A stretch of DNA of 64,000 nucleotides from Cyanophora paradoxa CCMP329 (Eukaryota; Plantae; Glaucophyta): positions 102,949-166,948 of the forward strand of contig QPMI01000173.1 of NCBI GenBank assembly GCA_004431415.1, in the 5' to 3' direction. The notes under the pieces were generated by a model. It saw only the letters and a list, made by a program, of their open reading frames with translations, had not been told where the DNA came from and ran no database searches. The stretch's first letter is position 1. Each line of letters opens with the position of its first letter. Positions 1-11,672 of this stretch are shown one piece after another. Made by a program: the position numbers and the translations under genes.

Positions 1-743
1 AGCAGCACAGCGCACGTATACGTCGCGGTATCGGAGAATGCGATGGTAATCAAATGCTCGGCGTTATTGAACTGCAGTGGAAAGGATTACAATCAGCGGC
101 CGGCAAGCTTTAAGATCAGCAAACAAAAACCGAGCACCGGAATGCCGTTGGAGCCTTGAAATGCGAGAGTTCGTATCACCACGTTCTCATTTTCAGATGC
201 TCCAGCACTCGAATACACTGTCAGCACGAGGCCCACTTTCCCCGGGTCAACCTGCAACTGTTATTAAATATAGCCTGTCCATGCTTTATATGTACACATT
301 GTCAAACGATACGTTAGTCGAAGTACAGCTAGCCACGAATCGGACCGAGCATTTGATATAGGAGCTTGTAGTGTTGTCCCATATCACATCCAATCCGTTC
401 TCGCAGAAGGACGCTGCAGCAGCATGTGGTCATTGCTCATCGATATCGCGATCGCGCGTGCGAATCCGAGGATCGCCCTTTTCTAGCGCGCGCAGAATTA
501 CTATTTAGCCTAGGACCTAAGAACCGATGCATGTGGAAAAGTGCGCTTGTAACAATGAAAGAAGAGGCTCCGTTGCCAGGATAAGGTGTCATGACTGCAG
601 CTCGAGTACTTTAAGGAGTTCTGTACATGTGCGAACGTACCAACGATGTTGTGGGACTGCGGTCCAAATCCCCAGTCAAGAAGGCGCGCCCATGAGGTCT
701 GAGACCTTTTCAGCCGTAACCTGAAGTTGGGGCGTCCGGTCCA

Positions 744-3700
744 TTATACCTCAGTCAGAGGCGACCCGACAGCGCATGCACGCGAACAGCTGCTGCACGT
801 TCGAACGTGCACACCGCATAGAAAACGTGACGGGCGTCCCGACGAAGAACGACGGCGCGAGGATGTAGTCGTTGAAACCTCCCTTTGGCCCAAGGTACGC
901 CCCTGCGGGCGAACGTCGATTCTGAATGTTGCAGCATCGCATCGAGCGAGGGGGGGGGGGGGGGGGGGGGGGATGTTTAACGGACCAGGGTCGCACGTCC
1001 AGAGGTCCCCCACAAGCGTTGCGTCCCTTCCCTTGCCGCTCGTGTCGACGGCCTGCGGCGGATGATTTGAAAAGGCATCGCCGAGTCGCGTTCTACATGT
1101 ACAGCTGCAGGCTTGCAATGCACCGTCTTGCCGCAGGAATCGAAGCGGAGCTGCAGCTCTAGCGGCGCCTGGGGCCGGATGCCGCGGAAGATCTCGGAGA
1201 CTTGATCGGCCGTCAGTTCCGAGCTGTACACCCGGAAATCTGCGACACGCATATCGAGAATCGTGCATATCAGACGGCCTACTATAAGCATTTTACAAAG
1301 CGTGCAGCAATCTCGGACGTCAAAGCGCACCGGCCAGCTGCCAGTCTGCTGAATTCGGATCAGTCTCCCAGTTCGCTGCGACGATATTGATGAATCGAAG
1401 GTCAGTAAAAGGCACGTGCGCCTGCGGCGGCTAACGCGCGATCTCGTTATATAGAGACATCAATCGCAATCGATCTCAGACTCCCAGCAACGCACAGCGC
1501 CCGATGAACATGCCGCTGCGCGCAACGTTCGGAAGAGCCCCCGCCGCGCCCCCTCCGCCTGCTGCCGCTTTCAATGTAGGATGCCACGTGCCGTTGAGGT
1601 AAGGCCGGGTCTGCGCACGGAAGCCAGAAAGGCAAAGGCAATGAGCCTAAGTGTTAGTTCTAGCTATTGTCTCATTTTATAATTAATTGATCAAATGGGA
1701 CTATTTTGAGCCGACCTCGGCGCCTGTCAGAGTGACGGCCACGAAGTGCCACTGGCCATCCACGGGGATGGCACTGCTCCCGTAGAACACCTGCGTGAAG
1801 ACCTGTATCGAGCTTCCGGCGAACGTGGTGATGACGAACGACGTCGTCCCGGCCGCTCCCTGTGCGTGACCGGGCGCCCCGGCCCGGCGCCTCTGCGTTA
1901 ACAAGCAGCTCGATCTAAACAGAATCGCGCGTGTGTGTACAAACCGTGCATGAATCCCATCTCTGTGAATAGTAGTCGAAAAACGATGCGCCTGAAGATT
2001 ACGGGCCACGCGATCACAATCACGCCTCACAATATTTTTAGCATTTGCAGCTATATATAATTCGAATCTAGATCACAATTAATTATAAAACTCGAGAAGC
2101 ATTATTTAGCTATAATATGTATTTAGCGCCTCGTGCCGGCCAGTCGGCACTGGAACGGCAGTGGTTTGCAAGGAGTAAATGAAGTGCAAACTCATGATCG
2201 ATTAATATTTATCCCTGAAATGAAATATAATCTAAAACCGAATGCGGGGCTGGCACCTGGTGGGCACCACTGGAAAACCTGTCCCAGAGGCAGCGTGAGC
2301 TTAGATAATGCATACGCACAGTAGGCGGCAATCGATTATAATTATAAAAAGGCGGAAGCTCACGATATTGTCAACGCTCATGCCGCTCCCGAAGTCGATG
2401 ATACGGGCAGGAAAAGGCTGGTGCCTGAAGAGGCGGACCCAGAAGGAAACACTAAAAGGAGTCCCGAGGGAGAAAGAGGGAATGACTGCGTAGCGATGAG
2501 TGTTGCGTACTGCCGCGCCCGTCGGCGCCGTGCCGAAGTATAGCCCTGCAAACAAGAAATTAGAAACTTGCGTGGCTATATTGTTACAAGAACGATATAA
2601 TTATGTAACGAGATAACGAGAGGCATAGGCATCTAGATCCCCGACAGTTTCAAGTTTCATGGTGAATTAGTGTTATTTATGTTATTACTCCGTCTCCGCA
2701 ATATGTGCCGCGACATGTACACGGCCGCCGTTGCTGGGAGCGCGGGCGTGGGCGACGGGTGAATCGTTCACCCGTAGAAGGGACGGGCGGGCAGCCTTCT
2801 TCGGGGGTCAGGTCGCCGTAGGCGTACCCCGTCCGTTGCCACGGCGACGCGTCGCGAACCTGGAGTGCAGCCCATTCAAAACCGTTTACGTATCTCATCC
2901 ACATGAAGCTCTTGCAACTTTAATTTCAACGCTTATTTACGCTTTAAATTTTCATTATTTAATATAGCCGTTTTAATCGTGGAATGTTTACGTGAGTGAT
3001 TTTGACTCTAGTCACTCGCGATCACGGAAGACTTCGATTGCAAGAGCGGGTGGGTGCAAGAGCGACTTTTGAAGAGCGCACGGTGCGGCGGCAGGCGCGG
3101 AGGGCGAGGGAGAGCTGGAGGCTGCCAGGTGCCACGGGGTGCCCCTGGAAGTCCGCCAGCGCCTCAGCGGCGGCGAGAGACGCATTCCAAACTTTGAAGT
3201 CTGGCGGCCGTATACGTAGTTGACAATGATGCGGATCCGAAGTAAGCAGCGAAATCAAACATAAAGGGCTTGGGCGCCCCATGGCCAGCGAACCCGCCAC
3301 GTGGGTGTTGACGAGGAAGAGGCCCCCGTCGGCGTTGTTGCCGACGTCGTGGAAGCTGCGGGCCAGCTTGGGCACTCGCCCGGCCGCGCCGGCGAGCCCG
3401 CCGGACTCCTTGCTGTGGGCCAGGCGCGTCCCGTTGAGGAACGTCGCCACTTCGCCCTCGGTGGCCGTCAAGACGACGTGGTGGTAATTACCGTCGCCCA
3501 CCTGTGCATGCGCCGGAGACGCTTCAGAGGGCACACGCATGCATATGTTCTGGTTACGATGAATATGAATAGATTGGCTCACCGGAACGCCGTTCTCATT
3601 CTGGAACGCGAACACCTGAAAGGCACTGCCGCCAGTGGCTTGGTGCCCGGTCGCGTAAAATATAACGGCTGTCTTTCCGTTCGCGGTCTGCCCGAGGTTG

Positions 3701-4397
3701 CGAATTCGAACACGAGGGAAATGTCAACAAGCGTAAGCTTGAGCGTCGGACAGGCCCGGGGGTCGCACCGGACAGGGTCCCGTCCAAGAGCCCAACGTAC
3801 CGTCGCTCACAGATACTCCGGGGGGACACACAATCGCACCGACTCTTTTTCCGTCCGCTCCAGTCCCGTCGTACAACTCGAAGATTCTGCGTGAAAGAAA
3901 TTATAATTAATATAGACATTGCGGAGAACTCGATCGTAGTCGGATTAACGTTGCGGGGGCGTCAGTGGGATCCGGGGCTTTGCATGATCATGATCATCAA
4001 AGACAGACTCTGAGAGCAGTCGCACCGAGTCCAAGCAGTCTGCTGCTGCCCGAAACTGACCCAGAATGAGACGCTAAAGGGTGTGCCCAGCTCGAAGGGC
4101 GTGCTCCGCACGTAGCGCGCCGTCGCCGCCCCGCTCGTCGTCCCAAAGTAGGTTCCTGCGAAGGAGGTTTCTTAGCAATAATCCACGCGACACATACGCA
4201 CATGCATTCTACATCTGTCTCTCCGATCCGTTTAGGGGCGCGGGAAGGGGCCTCGGACCTCGGGAGGAGGGCCCGGGCCCGGCCGCTTGGCAGAGTCCAC
4301 CGCTAATCATGAACAGGACGGCAACGAACGCGACGAGAAAAGGCAGACGGGACGATCGCGAGCGCCGCGCCGCCCCGCTGCAGCTGGTCATGATCAT
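744..4397 (-). CDS. Multi-exon secreted protein with two LamG/concanavalin-A-like (Laminin_G_3) domains; 3' end uncertain
   Basis: Hydrophobic leader LPFLVAFVAVLFMISGGLCQA. Two parallel repeats: YFGT...LGTPFSVSFWV (~4070-4150 and ~2430-2545), GNYHHVVLTATEGEVATFLNG / GQWHFVAVTLTGAE, and DFKVWN / DFRVYSSELTADQV. Introns are AT-rich. Confidence 0.65.
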
Positions 4398-6060
4398 GGG
4401 CGCCGGCTGACGGCGCCAGCGCCGACCGTTCCACAGAGGGAAGGGCACAAAGTCAGATTTTCCGCTTCGAATTCCAGCACTCCCGACAAATTTGAGCCTA
4501 CAGCTAGGCCTGCAGCTTGAAGGCACCGCTGGCGATGCATATGGAGAGCTGCTGCTGTCGACGTCGGCGCCGGCAGCGGGCGGGGGGAGCGCGCATGCGC
4601 AGCCGTGGGGCACGGCGGCCGCCGGCAGCTGCAGGGCGGCCGCTGGCAGCTGCAGGGCGGCCGCATGCGCAGTTGCAGCTGCACATGAACATGCAGCTAC
4701 GCATGCTGTACATATGGATGTCGCAGCTGCCGCTGGCCACTGCCGAATCGCGCGAAGCGACTTCGTAACCATATACATCGAAACGTTGCCTGGCTGCAAA
4801 CAGCTGCGCATATAGCTATAGATATATGGTCGTGTTAACGTTTACATGCGTGCACGTGCACGTGCACGTGTACACGTATAGCTCCAATCGATGTCGAAGT
4901 CGCACATCCAGTTGATCATGATCATGATCATGAAAGCTATAGACTGTCGTGCACGGGAGCTGATAAAGCTGCTTGAGCGGCTTGCAGTGAAAACGCGCAC
5001 AGCACAAAAAGATCGGCCACTGAGACAGTGAGACTGCCAGCCTGTGTCAGGTGTGTTCAGATTTTATAGAGGCGAGCCTTGGAGAGCCTTGGAGTGCCAC
5101 GTCGGCCTCTAGCTACGCCGCCTATATAGCTGCGTACTGCGGTATATATATACGTATACGCGCACGGCGCTCAGCGGCTGCAGACGGCGTGCACGTGGTC
5201 GTGCGTCGTGCCGCCCGTCCGTAACAAGCTGTAGCCTACTAAGGCTGGTAGTAACAAATTATTAACAAGGGGGGGCCTAGATATGTACTAAGGTACTGCA
5301 GTGCCGTGGTGCGCGGGCAGCAGCGGCTATGCGCGGCGGAGCGAAAAGGCCCAAAAGCGCTAGCAGAGCCTAGCACCGTCGTCAGCTTTTGCTCGCCGCG
5401 CAACTTGCAGCTTTTGCTCGTCAACCGTTTCAGGGTACCCCGCCGTTCTGGAGGTACCGTCGGTAGTACTCGGTACCGATTCGCGGCGAGTCGGCGACTC
5501 GGCGGCGAGTCGGCGCCGACTCGGCGGCGAGTCGGCGCCGCCGTCCGGCAAGTTGGTTTTTTTATTTTCATGTGCAAGAAACAAATGTCTCCCAGGAGCT
5601 CCCGATCGCGAGCTCGATCGCGAGCTGGATCCGGAGCTCGAGGGTTCGGCGCCGGCCCGGTTCGCATATATATCGTCTGGCGCGGCGCCGCGCCTTGGGC
5701 TCTAGGCCCGCCGGGCCGCCGGCGAGTCGCCGAGCGAGTACGTCGCGATCGAGGGTAGAAATGTCGTCCGGCTGGTAATTATATATAAGGCACTGCGGTT
5801 TACAACCTGCAGCTGCAGCTCAGCGGCTGAATCGCCATCATCGAGTCCGGATCATCGGATCCGGCCGCGGATCGATATCCGATCATCATGGCATGCATAT
5901 GATATCGATATCGATCATCGATATCGGATCATGATCATGCTCAGTCCACATTAATATTATCACTGAGTCGGCAAGGCTGAGTTCGAGCAGCTACCGGTCG
6001 CTGCGGCCGCGCTCGAGCTCGCCGTGCGCACGATACTCGAATTCGAATTTGAATTCGATC

Positions 6061-6116
6061 GGCGGGGTACAACTCTCTAGACGCAGCCGGCGGGGTACAG
6101 CTCTCTAGACGCAGCC
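6061..6116 (+). repeat. 28-bp tandem direct repeat x2 (1 mismatch) upstream of the PPR gene, followed by a TATA-like TAATATAAAA
   Basis: ggcggggtacaactctctagacgcagcc / ggcggggtacagctctctagacgcagcc; the TATA-like run at ~6122-6131 lies ~35 nt before ATG 6166. Confidence 0.8.
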
Positions 6117-6165
6117 GCTCGTAATATAAAACGCCACCGCCCGCCCTGTAAGACGGAAAGCGAGC

Positions 6166-9100
6166 ATGGAAGCGATGTTCACATTCGCCGCCCTCGCGCC
6201 GCGGGCAGGTCCGCCGAACGCCCATCCACGTGCGCGCCGTTTCTCACACTTCTCGCTCGCTCTCCGGCAGGCACAGCTAGCAGGCCTCCAAAGATGCTAT
6301 GCGATGACGCGTGCATCGCTCAAGGCAGCCAACGCGCGTCGGTTCCGACGCCGCGCGCAGCAGCAGTCTCAGCACCCGAGAAGCAGTTCTTCGGGACAAG
6401 CGTGCGGACAGCATATGCATTGCAGCGGACGAGGCTCGGCTTCCCTCCACGTGCCGCCGCGGCGCACGCGTCCCCCGCCCCTCCGGCCGCGACAAACAAG
6501 AGCGACGCGAAGGTGGCTCGCCCCCGCCGCGCCGGCCGCGCACGCCGCGCCGGCCGGCCGCCGATTCGAGCGCGGCTGCAGGGCGGGAAGCGCGCTGCGT
6601 CGCAGGCGGCGAACTCCTCGTCGGGCGGCGGCGCGCCCTCCGAGAAGACCGTCACGGCATTCGTCTACCGCCTGAGCGACGCGGTCCGCGGCCGACCCGC
6701 AGCTCAGCCCCGCGCTGCGCCCCCCGTGCCGACCGGCGCGCGCGCCCCCGCAGTGCTCCGCGGGGCCCTCGAAAGAGCAGGCGAAGCGCTTCGGGCTCGT
6801 CCTGGCCGAAGCGAGAGAGCAGTCGATCGACCCGAGGCGCGCGCCGCGCCGCGCCGACCGCGCCGCGCGCTGAGCGCGCCGCGCCGCCGCAGCGCGCTGA
6901 TTGCGCGGACGATGGGCCTCCTGAAGGGCGGCAACAAAGCGCGCGCCATGCGCGTCCTCGCCGCCCGCGCCGCTGAAGTCGAGGAGCCCCTCACCACCGC
7001 CGCGTACCAGTGCGCTGCCGCCCCGCGCCCCTCCGCCCCCGCCGGCCCGCCGCCGACGCGCGCCCCGCCTCGCCCCGCAGGCAGCTCGTGGAGGGGTACG
7101 CCGCCGGGCCGCTGCATCAAATGCGCCGCCGCGACACCCTGATGCCCGCCCGTCCGCTCCGCAGGGCCGTCCTGGGCAAGGACAGCAAGAGCGCCGCTCA
7201 CTGGCTCGAGGCGTGCCCGTACCCCCCTTCGCCCCCGCCGCCCGCCCCGCCGCCGACGTATCCCCAGGAGCTCGCCTTTCGCGGCGGCTTGGTACCCCGC
7301 ATCCCAACGGTGAACGCGGTCGTGGACCTCGTGCGCCCGTACCCCCCGGGCCCCTTCCCTCCCCAAAGCTCGCCGACGGGTCGCAGATGATGCGGCGGGG
7401 GGAGGCGGCGGCGGCGGCCGGCCTGCTCGAGCGGCTCTGGGACAAGGGCCTCAAGCGGCGCGCCCCGCCCCCGGCCGCCGCCGCCCCGCGCCCCGCCCGA
7501 TCCCGCGCCGAGCCGAGGCGCCGCCGCGCAGGGACCCCTCGACCTTCGAGACCATGGCGACCGCGTGCGCGCGCTCGCGCTCCCCGGCGCCCCCGTGCGC
7601 TCGTCGGAGTCTCACGCCGCTGCCGCGCCAGGTGCGTGGCGCGGGGCTGGCCGGAGGAGGCGCTGGCGTGCGCCCGCGAGATGATCGCCGCCTCGGCTGC
7701 CCTCGAGGCCCGCAACCCGAGGCGCGCCCCCGTGCGCGCCAACAAGGTCCGAGGGGCGCGGGGCGCGGGGCCACGGCTGCGGGGTGAGGAGGTGGCGGGG
7801 CGGGGGCGGCAGGTGCTGCGGCTGCTGGTGGGGGCGGGGGCCCGGAAGGAGGCGGCGGCCCTCTTCGCGGACATGCGCGCCCCCAGCTGCCACTTCAAGG
7901 CCCGCCCCGCCCCCCCGCCCGCCCCCTCCTCTCCGCCATCCTAGATGAGAGAGAGTGTGTGAAGGTGGCCGGGGCGGCCTTGGGGAAGGCTGGGCCTCGG
8001 CTCACCCCCGGGCAGCCGGACGCGGCGACGTACGACGCGATGGCGCGGGACGCCGTCGCCGCCCGCGAGTTCGGCACCGCCGTCGGCCACGCCGCCCAGG
8101 CCCGCCCCGCCCGCCCCGCCCGTTCCCACACGTCCCCATTCCCCGCCCTTCCCCCCCCCCTCTTTCCTCCCCCCCCCCCCCCCCCCCGCTCTTTTCGGCG
8201 CCGACGGGGCGGGCTCGCGCACGCTGCAGGCGCGGGCGGAGGGGATCGACTTCGGCGCCTTCCGCCTCAACGCCATCGTCAAGGCGCCCCTACCCCCTTC
8301 TTCTCCCCCCCCCCGCTGAGGGGCGGCGGGGGTGGCAGGAGCTGATCGCGGGGGGCGACCTGGAGGGGGCCGGCGCGCTCGTCTCCGCCATGGCCGCCTG
8401 GCCCGTGCGCCCCGCCCAGCCCCCCTGCCCGCCCCCCGAGGCCCTAGCCCCTCCCCGCCCGGCCCCACCCCCTCCCTCCCCCAGGAGGTCGGGACGACGG
8501 GGGTCACCTGGATCCAGTACATCAACGCCCTCGTCGTCGCCGGCAAGGTGCGGGGCGAGAGGGGCGGCACGCTTGCGCGGGGGACCCGCCCCGCCCGCCG
8601 GGGCCGTTGCGCCCCGTCTTCGGAGGGGGGAAGGGAGGGGGTGACGAGGGCCGGGGCCGGCTGGTGAGCGCGGCTGACGGGCGCTGCGGGGCGGGCAGCT
8701 GGAGGAGGCGGCCGAAGCCTTCGCCAAGGCCCGCCCCAAGGCGAGCCGCCCCCGCGCGCCCCCTCCCCGGCGCCCCCGCTCCGGCGCCTCACCCCGCCCC
8801 CCTCTTGCCCGGCAGCTGCTGGCGCCGTCGGACGCGGCGGAGCTCGCCTCCCTCTACAACATCGCCGTCAAGGCCCGTCTCCCCGCCCCCCGCCCTCCCA
8901 CTCCCCGTGCCTCAGAGCAGCAACAAGAACACCCCGCCGCTTAGTCGACGATCTAGGAGGAGGGGGGCCAACGGGGTCTGGCTCGTGACGGCCGCGTGGG
9001 CGGGCGCAGGGGGCGGCGGCGGGGCGGATGTTCAACCGGGTGCGGGGGCTGGTGGAGGAGATGCGGGGGGACGGGGTGCGCCCCGACGCGGCGACGTACG

Positions 9101-11030
9101 GCCTCTGGATGGACGCCCTCGTCGCCGAGGGCCGCCTCTCCGAGGTGCCCCCCGCCCCCCGCCCTCGTCCTCGCCGCCCTCGTCGTCCACCGCCGGCAGC
9201 GCCGCGCGGCACCACCGCGAGATCCCGCAGCGCCCCCTAGCCTCTCCTTGGGGCCCCAGGGTCTCTCATAGGGGACTGCGGAATCGGGGTGCCCCTCCCT
9301 TGGTGCGGCGCGGTCTCTGAGCGGGGGGCGCAGGCGATCAGCGTGTTCGACGAGGCGCGGCGGGCGCTGCCCGAGGGGACGCCCATGTCCGGCATCTGGA
9401 ACATCGTCCTCAAGGGCTTCCTCGCCCTCGGCCAGGCCCGCCCCCCCGCCCCCCGTCCCCGAGCCGGCCCGAGGGGGCGCGCTCCGAGCGGGCGGGCGCA
9501 GGTGGACGACGGGCGGCGCTGGCTCGCGACGATGCGCGCCGAGGGCGTCGCCCCGACGGTGCCGGCCCCCGCCCGCCCCCGCCCCGCCCCAGCCGCCCCG
9601 CCCGGGGGCGAGCGGGCGCGCAGTGCGGTCGTTCGCGTCGGTGGCGGCGGCGCTGGCGGCGGCGGGGCGCGTCCCCGAGGCCCGCCTCGTCATCGACGTC
9701 CGCCGCCCCGCCCCCGCTGCCCCGCCCCGCCCCCAGCCGCCCCACTCCGCCCCGACCCCGCGCGCAGGAGGCGGCGGCGGCGGGGGCGGCGGACCGCCGG
9801 CTCTACGCCTCCTTCCTCACCGTGCGCCCGCCCCGCCCGCCCCGCCCGATGTCTTCAATAGCGAAAACGATCCCCTGCAACAAACCAACGCGCGCGTGCA
9901 TACCGCTCGCGGTTCTGGTCCCGTCCATCGCCCGCTAGAGAAAGAACCCGAGCGCCTTTCCCGCCCCAACCCCCCCCCCCCCCCCCCCCCCCCCCCGCCT
10001 CGTCGCACGGCATGGATCGTCGCTCGGCTCGCTCGCCGACGCGGGCGGGCGCGCTGGCGCAGACGCTGGTGCGGGGCCGGAGCTTCGGGGCGGCGTGGGA
10101 GCTCCTCGAGGCCCTCGAGCGCCCCGACTCGGCCGTGGGGCCCGACGCGTGCGCCGGGGGGGCGGGCGGGCAGCGGGCGCCCTCCTCCGCTCCCCGGGCT
10201 CACGCGGGGCGGGGGCGGGGGCGGGGCAGGGGCATGTACCACACCATGCTCGTCTCCCTCTGCGCCGCCCGCCGCCTCAAGCCCGTGCGCCTCCAGCCCC
10301 CTCCACCCCCTCCCCTCCCCTCCCCCTCCCCCCCCCGCCCGCACCCATCCGCCTTGGGTGCGCTCTGAGCCCCTTGGTTTGCCTGCGGCAGGCGCGGGAG
10401 CTCTTCTACCGGGCGGCCGGCCGCGGCGTCCTCCTCGACCGCGCCTCCCACGCCGTCCGCCCCCGCCCCGCCCCGCCCCGCGAGCTCGAGGCCGCTCACG
10501 CGGAGACGTGCCTCGGCCGGCAGGCGCTCGCGCGGGCGCTGAGGAAGGCCGGCCAGGCGGACGAGGCCGCCGAGTGGGAGGCGCGCGAGGCTCCCCCTAG
10601 ATCCCCCTCCCGCCATCCCGCGAGCACTGGCGCTCACCTGAGCGCCGCAGGAGCGCGCAAAGACGGCGCCGGAGCCGGAGCCGCGGGGTCGGCCTGGCGC
10701 CCGCGGCCGCCCCCAGCCGAGGCCCCAAGCGCAGGTGCGAGGCACCTCCCCGGCCCCGCGCCGGCCTGCCCTCTCGCCCCGCTCAGCGGCTTGCTCGCTT
10801 GCGCGGGCCCCGCAGGCCACGGGAGGAATCCGAAGGCGCCCCCGTCGCCCTCGTCTCCGAGGCCGCCCCGCGCCCGCCGGCCGTCGGCCTCGCCCGCGGT
10901 CCGCCCCCCGCCCCCCGCGCCGCCCTCCTCGCCGCTTCTTGCTGACGGGCGCGCCCCTCCTCCTTAGGCCCGGTCGCGGAAGAACAGCGGCCCGCGCCCC
11001 GCCGCCGCCGCCGCCGCCCCGAAGGCGTGA
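6166..11030 (+). CDS. Pentatricopeptide-repeat (PPR) protein with probable plastid transit peptide; many introns
   Basis: PPR-like motifs VRGLVEEMRGDGVRPDAATYGLWMDALVAEGRL, AISVFDEARR..GIWNIVLKGFLALGQ, WLATMRAEGVAPT, GMYHTMLVSLCAARRL. Spliced N-terminus MEAMFTFAALAPRAG...KQFFGTSVR. Stop position approximate. Confidence 0.8.
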
Positions 11031-11672
11031 TCGCACTCGCCGGCTCGACCCGTGGGCATGTTGTGAGCTGCATGTGTATCCACGGCCCCTCGAGCCCGCG
11101 GGCTCCCCATTGGACGTACCTGTCGAGAATTTCTTTTAGACGCAGTTGACCTCTCGTACTCCTCCAAGACACAGTCCCTAGACACCTTTCTTTTTCCTGA
11201 GTCCGGTCTCTATCGATGGTCGATGGTCCGGAATGATGCAGGCAGATGCATTCTCGCGCGTGATGCATTCCGGAGATCAGACGAAATATTTAGGGCCGCA
11301 TGCAGCGTAGCTTCCGCCTTCACCAAGTCACCCCCGGGCGGCGAGAGCACGAGCTCCGAATTCGGAACTCCGGGATCCGCTAAAGACTAGACGTAGCGTA
11401 AGGAACTGGCCCTCACTATGCCTCCGGGGCTTCACAGGCCCCACCCCTCAGGTCCCCTTTTTAATTTGCACCTCGCGGGCACTGTCGAGGGCTCTCAGAC
11501 TCCCGAGACTCTTGAGCTCATGTGCATCAAGACCTTACCCGCGCACTCAAATACCTCAGGGCCTCACGCTTCCCAGGGACATGAATTGCAATTGATATTT
11601 GAAGCGGGGCTTGACAGCGGCTGGCAGCGGGGCCCGGCTCGATCGGGGCAGCGCTTACGCCCTGGGTGCAGG

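Noticed and set aside
950-973. Long G/C homopolymers (also ~9970, 19827, 37430, 56030, 63980)
   Set aside because: Common in this genome and of unreliable length; no specific function supported.
5285-5480. GTAC cluster as copper-response elements (SBP/CRR1 type)
   Set aside because: GTAC is one of many enriched palindromes here, and the adjacent genes have no evident link to copper.
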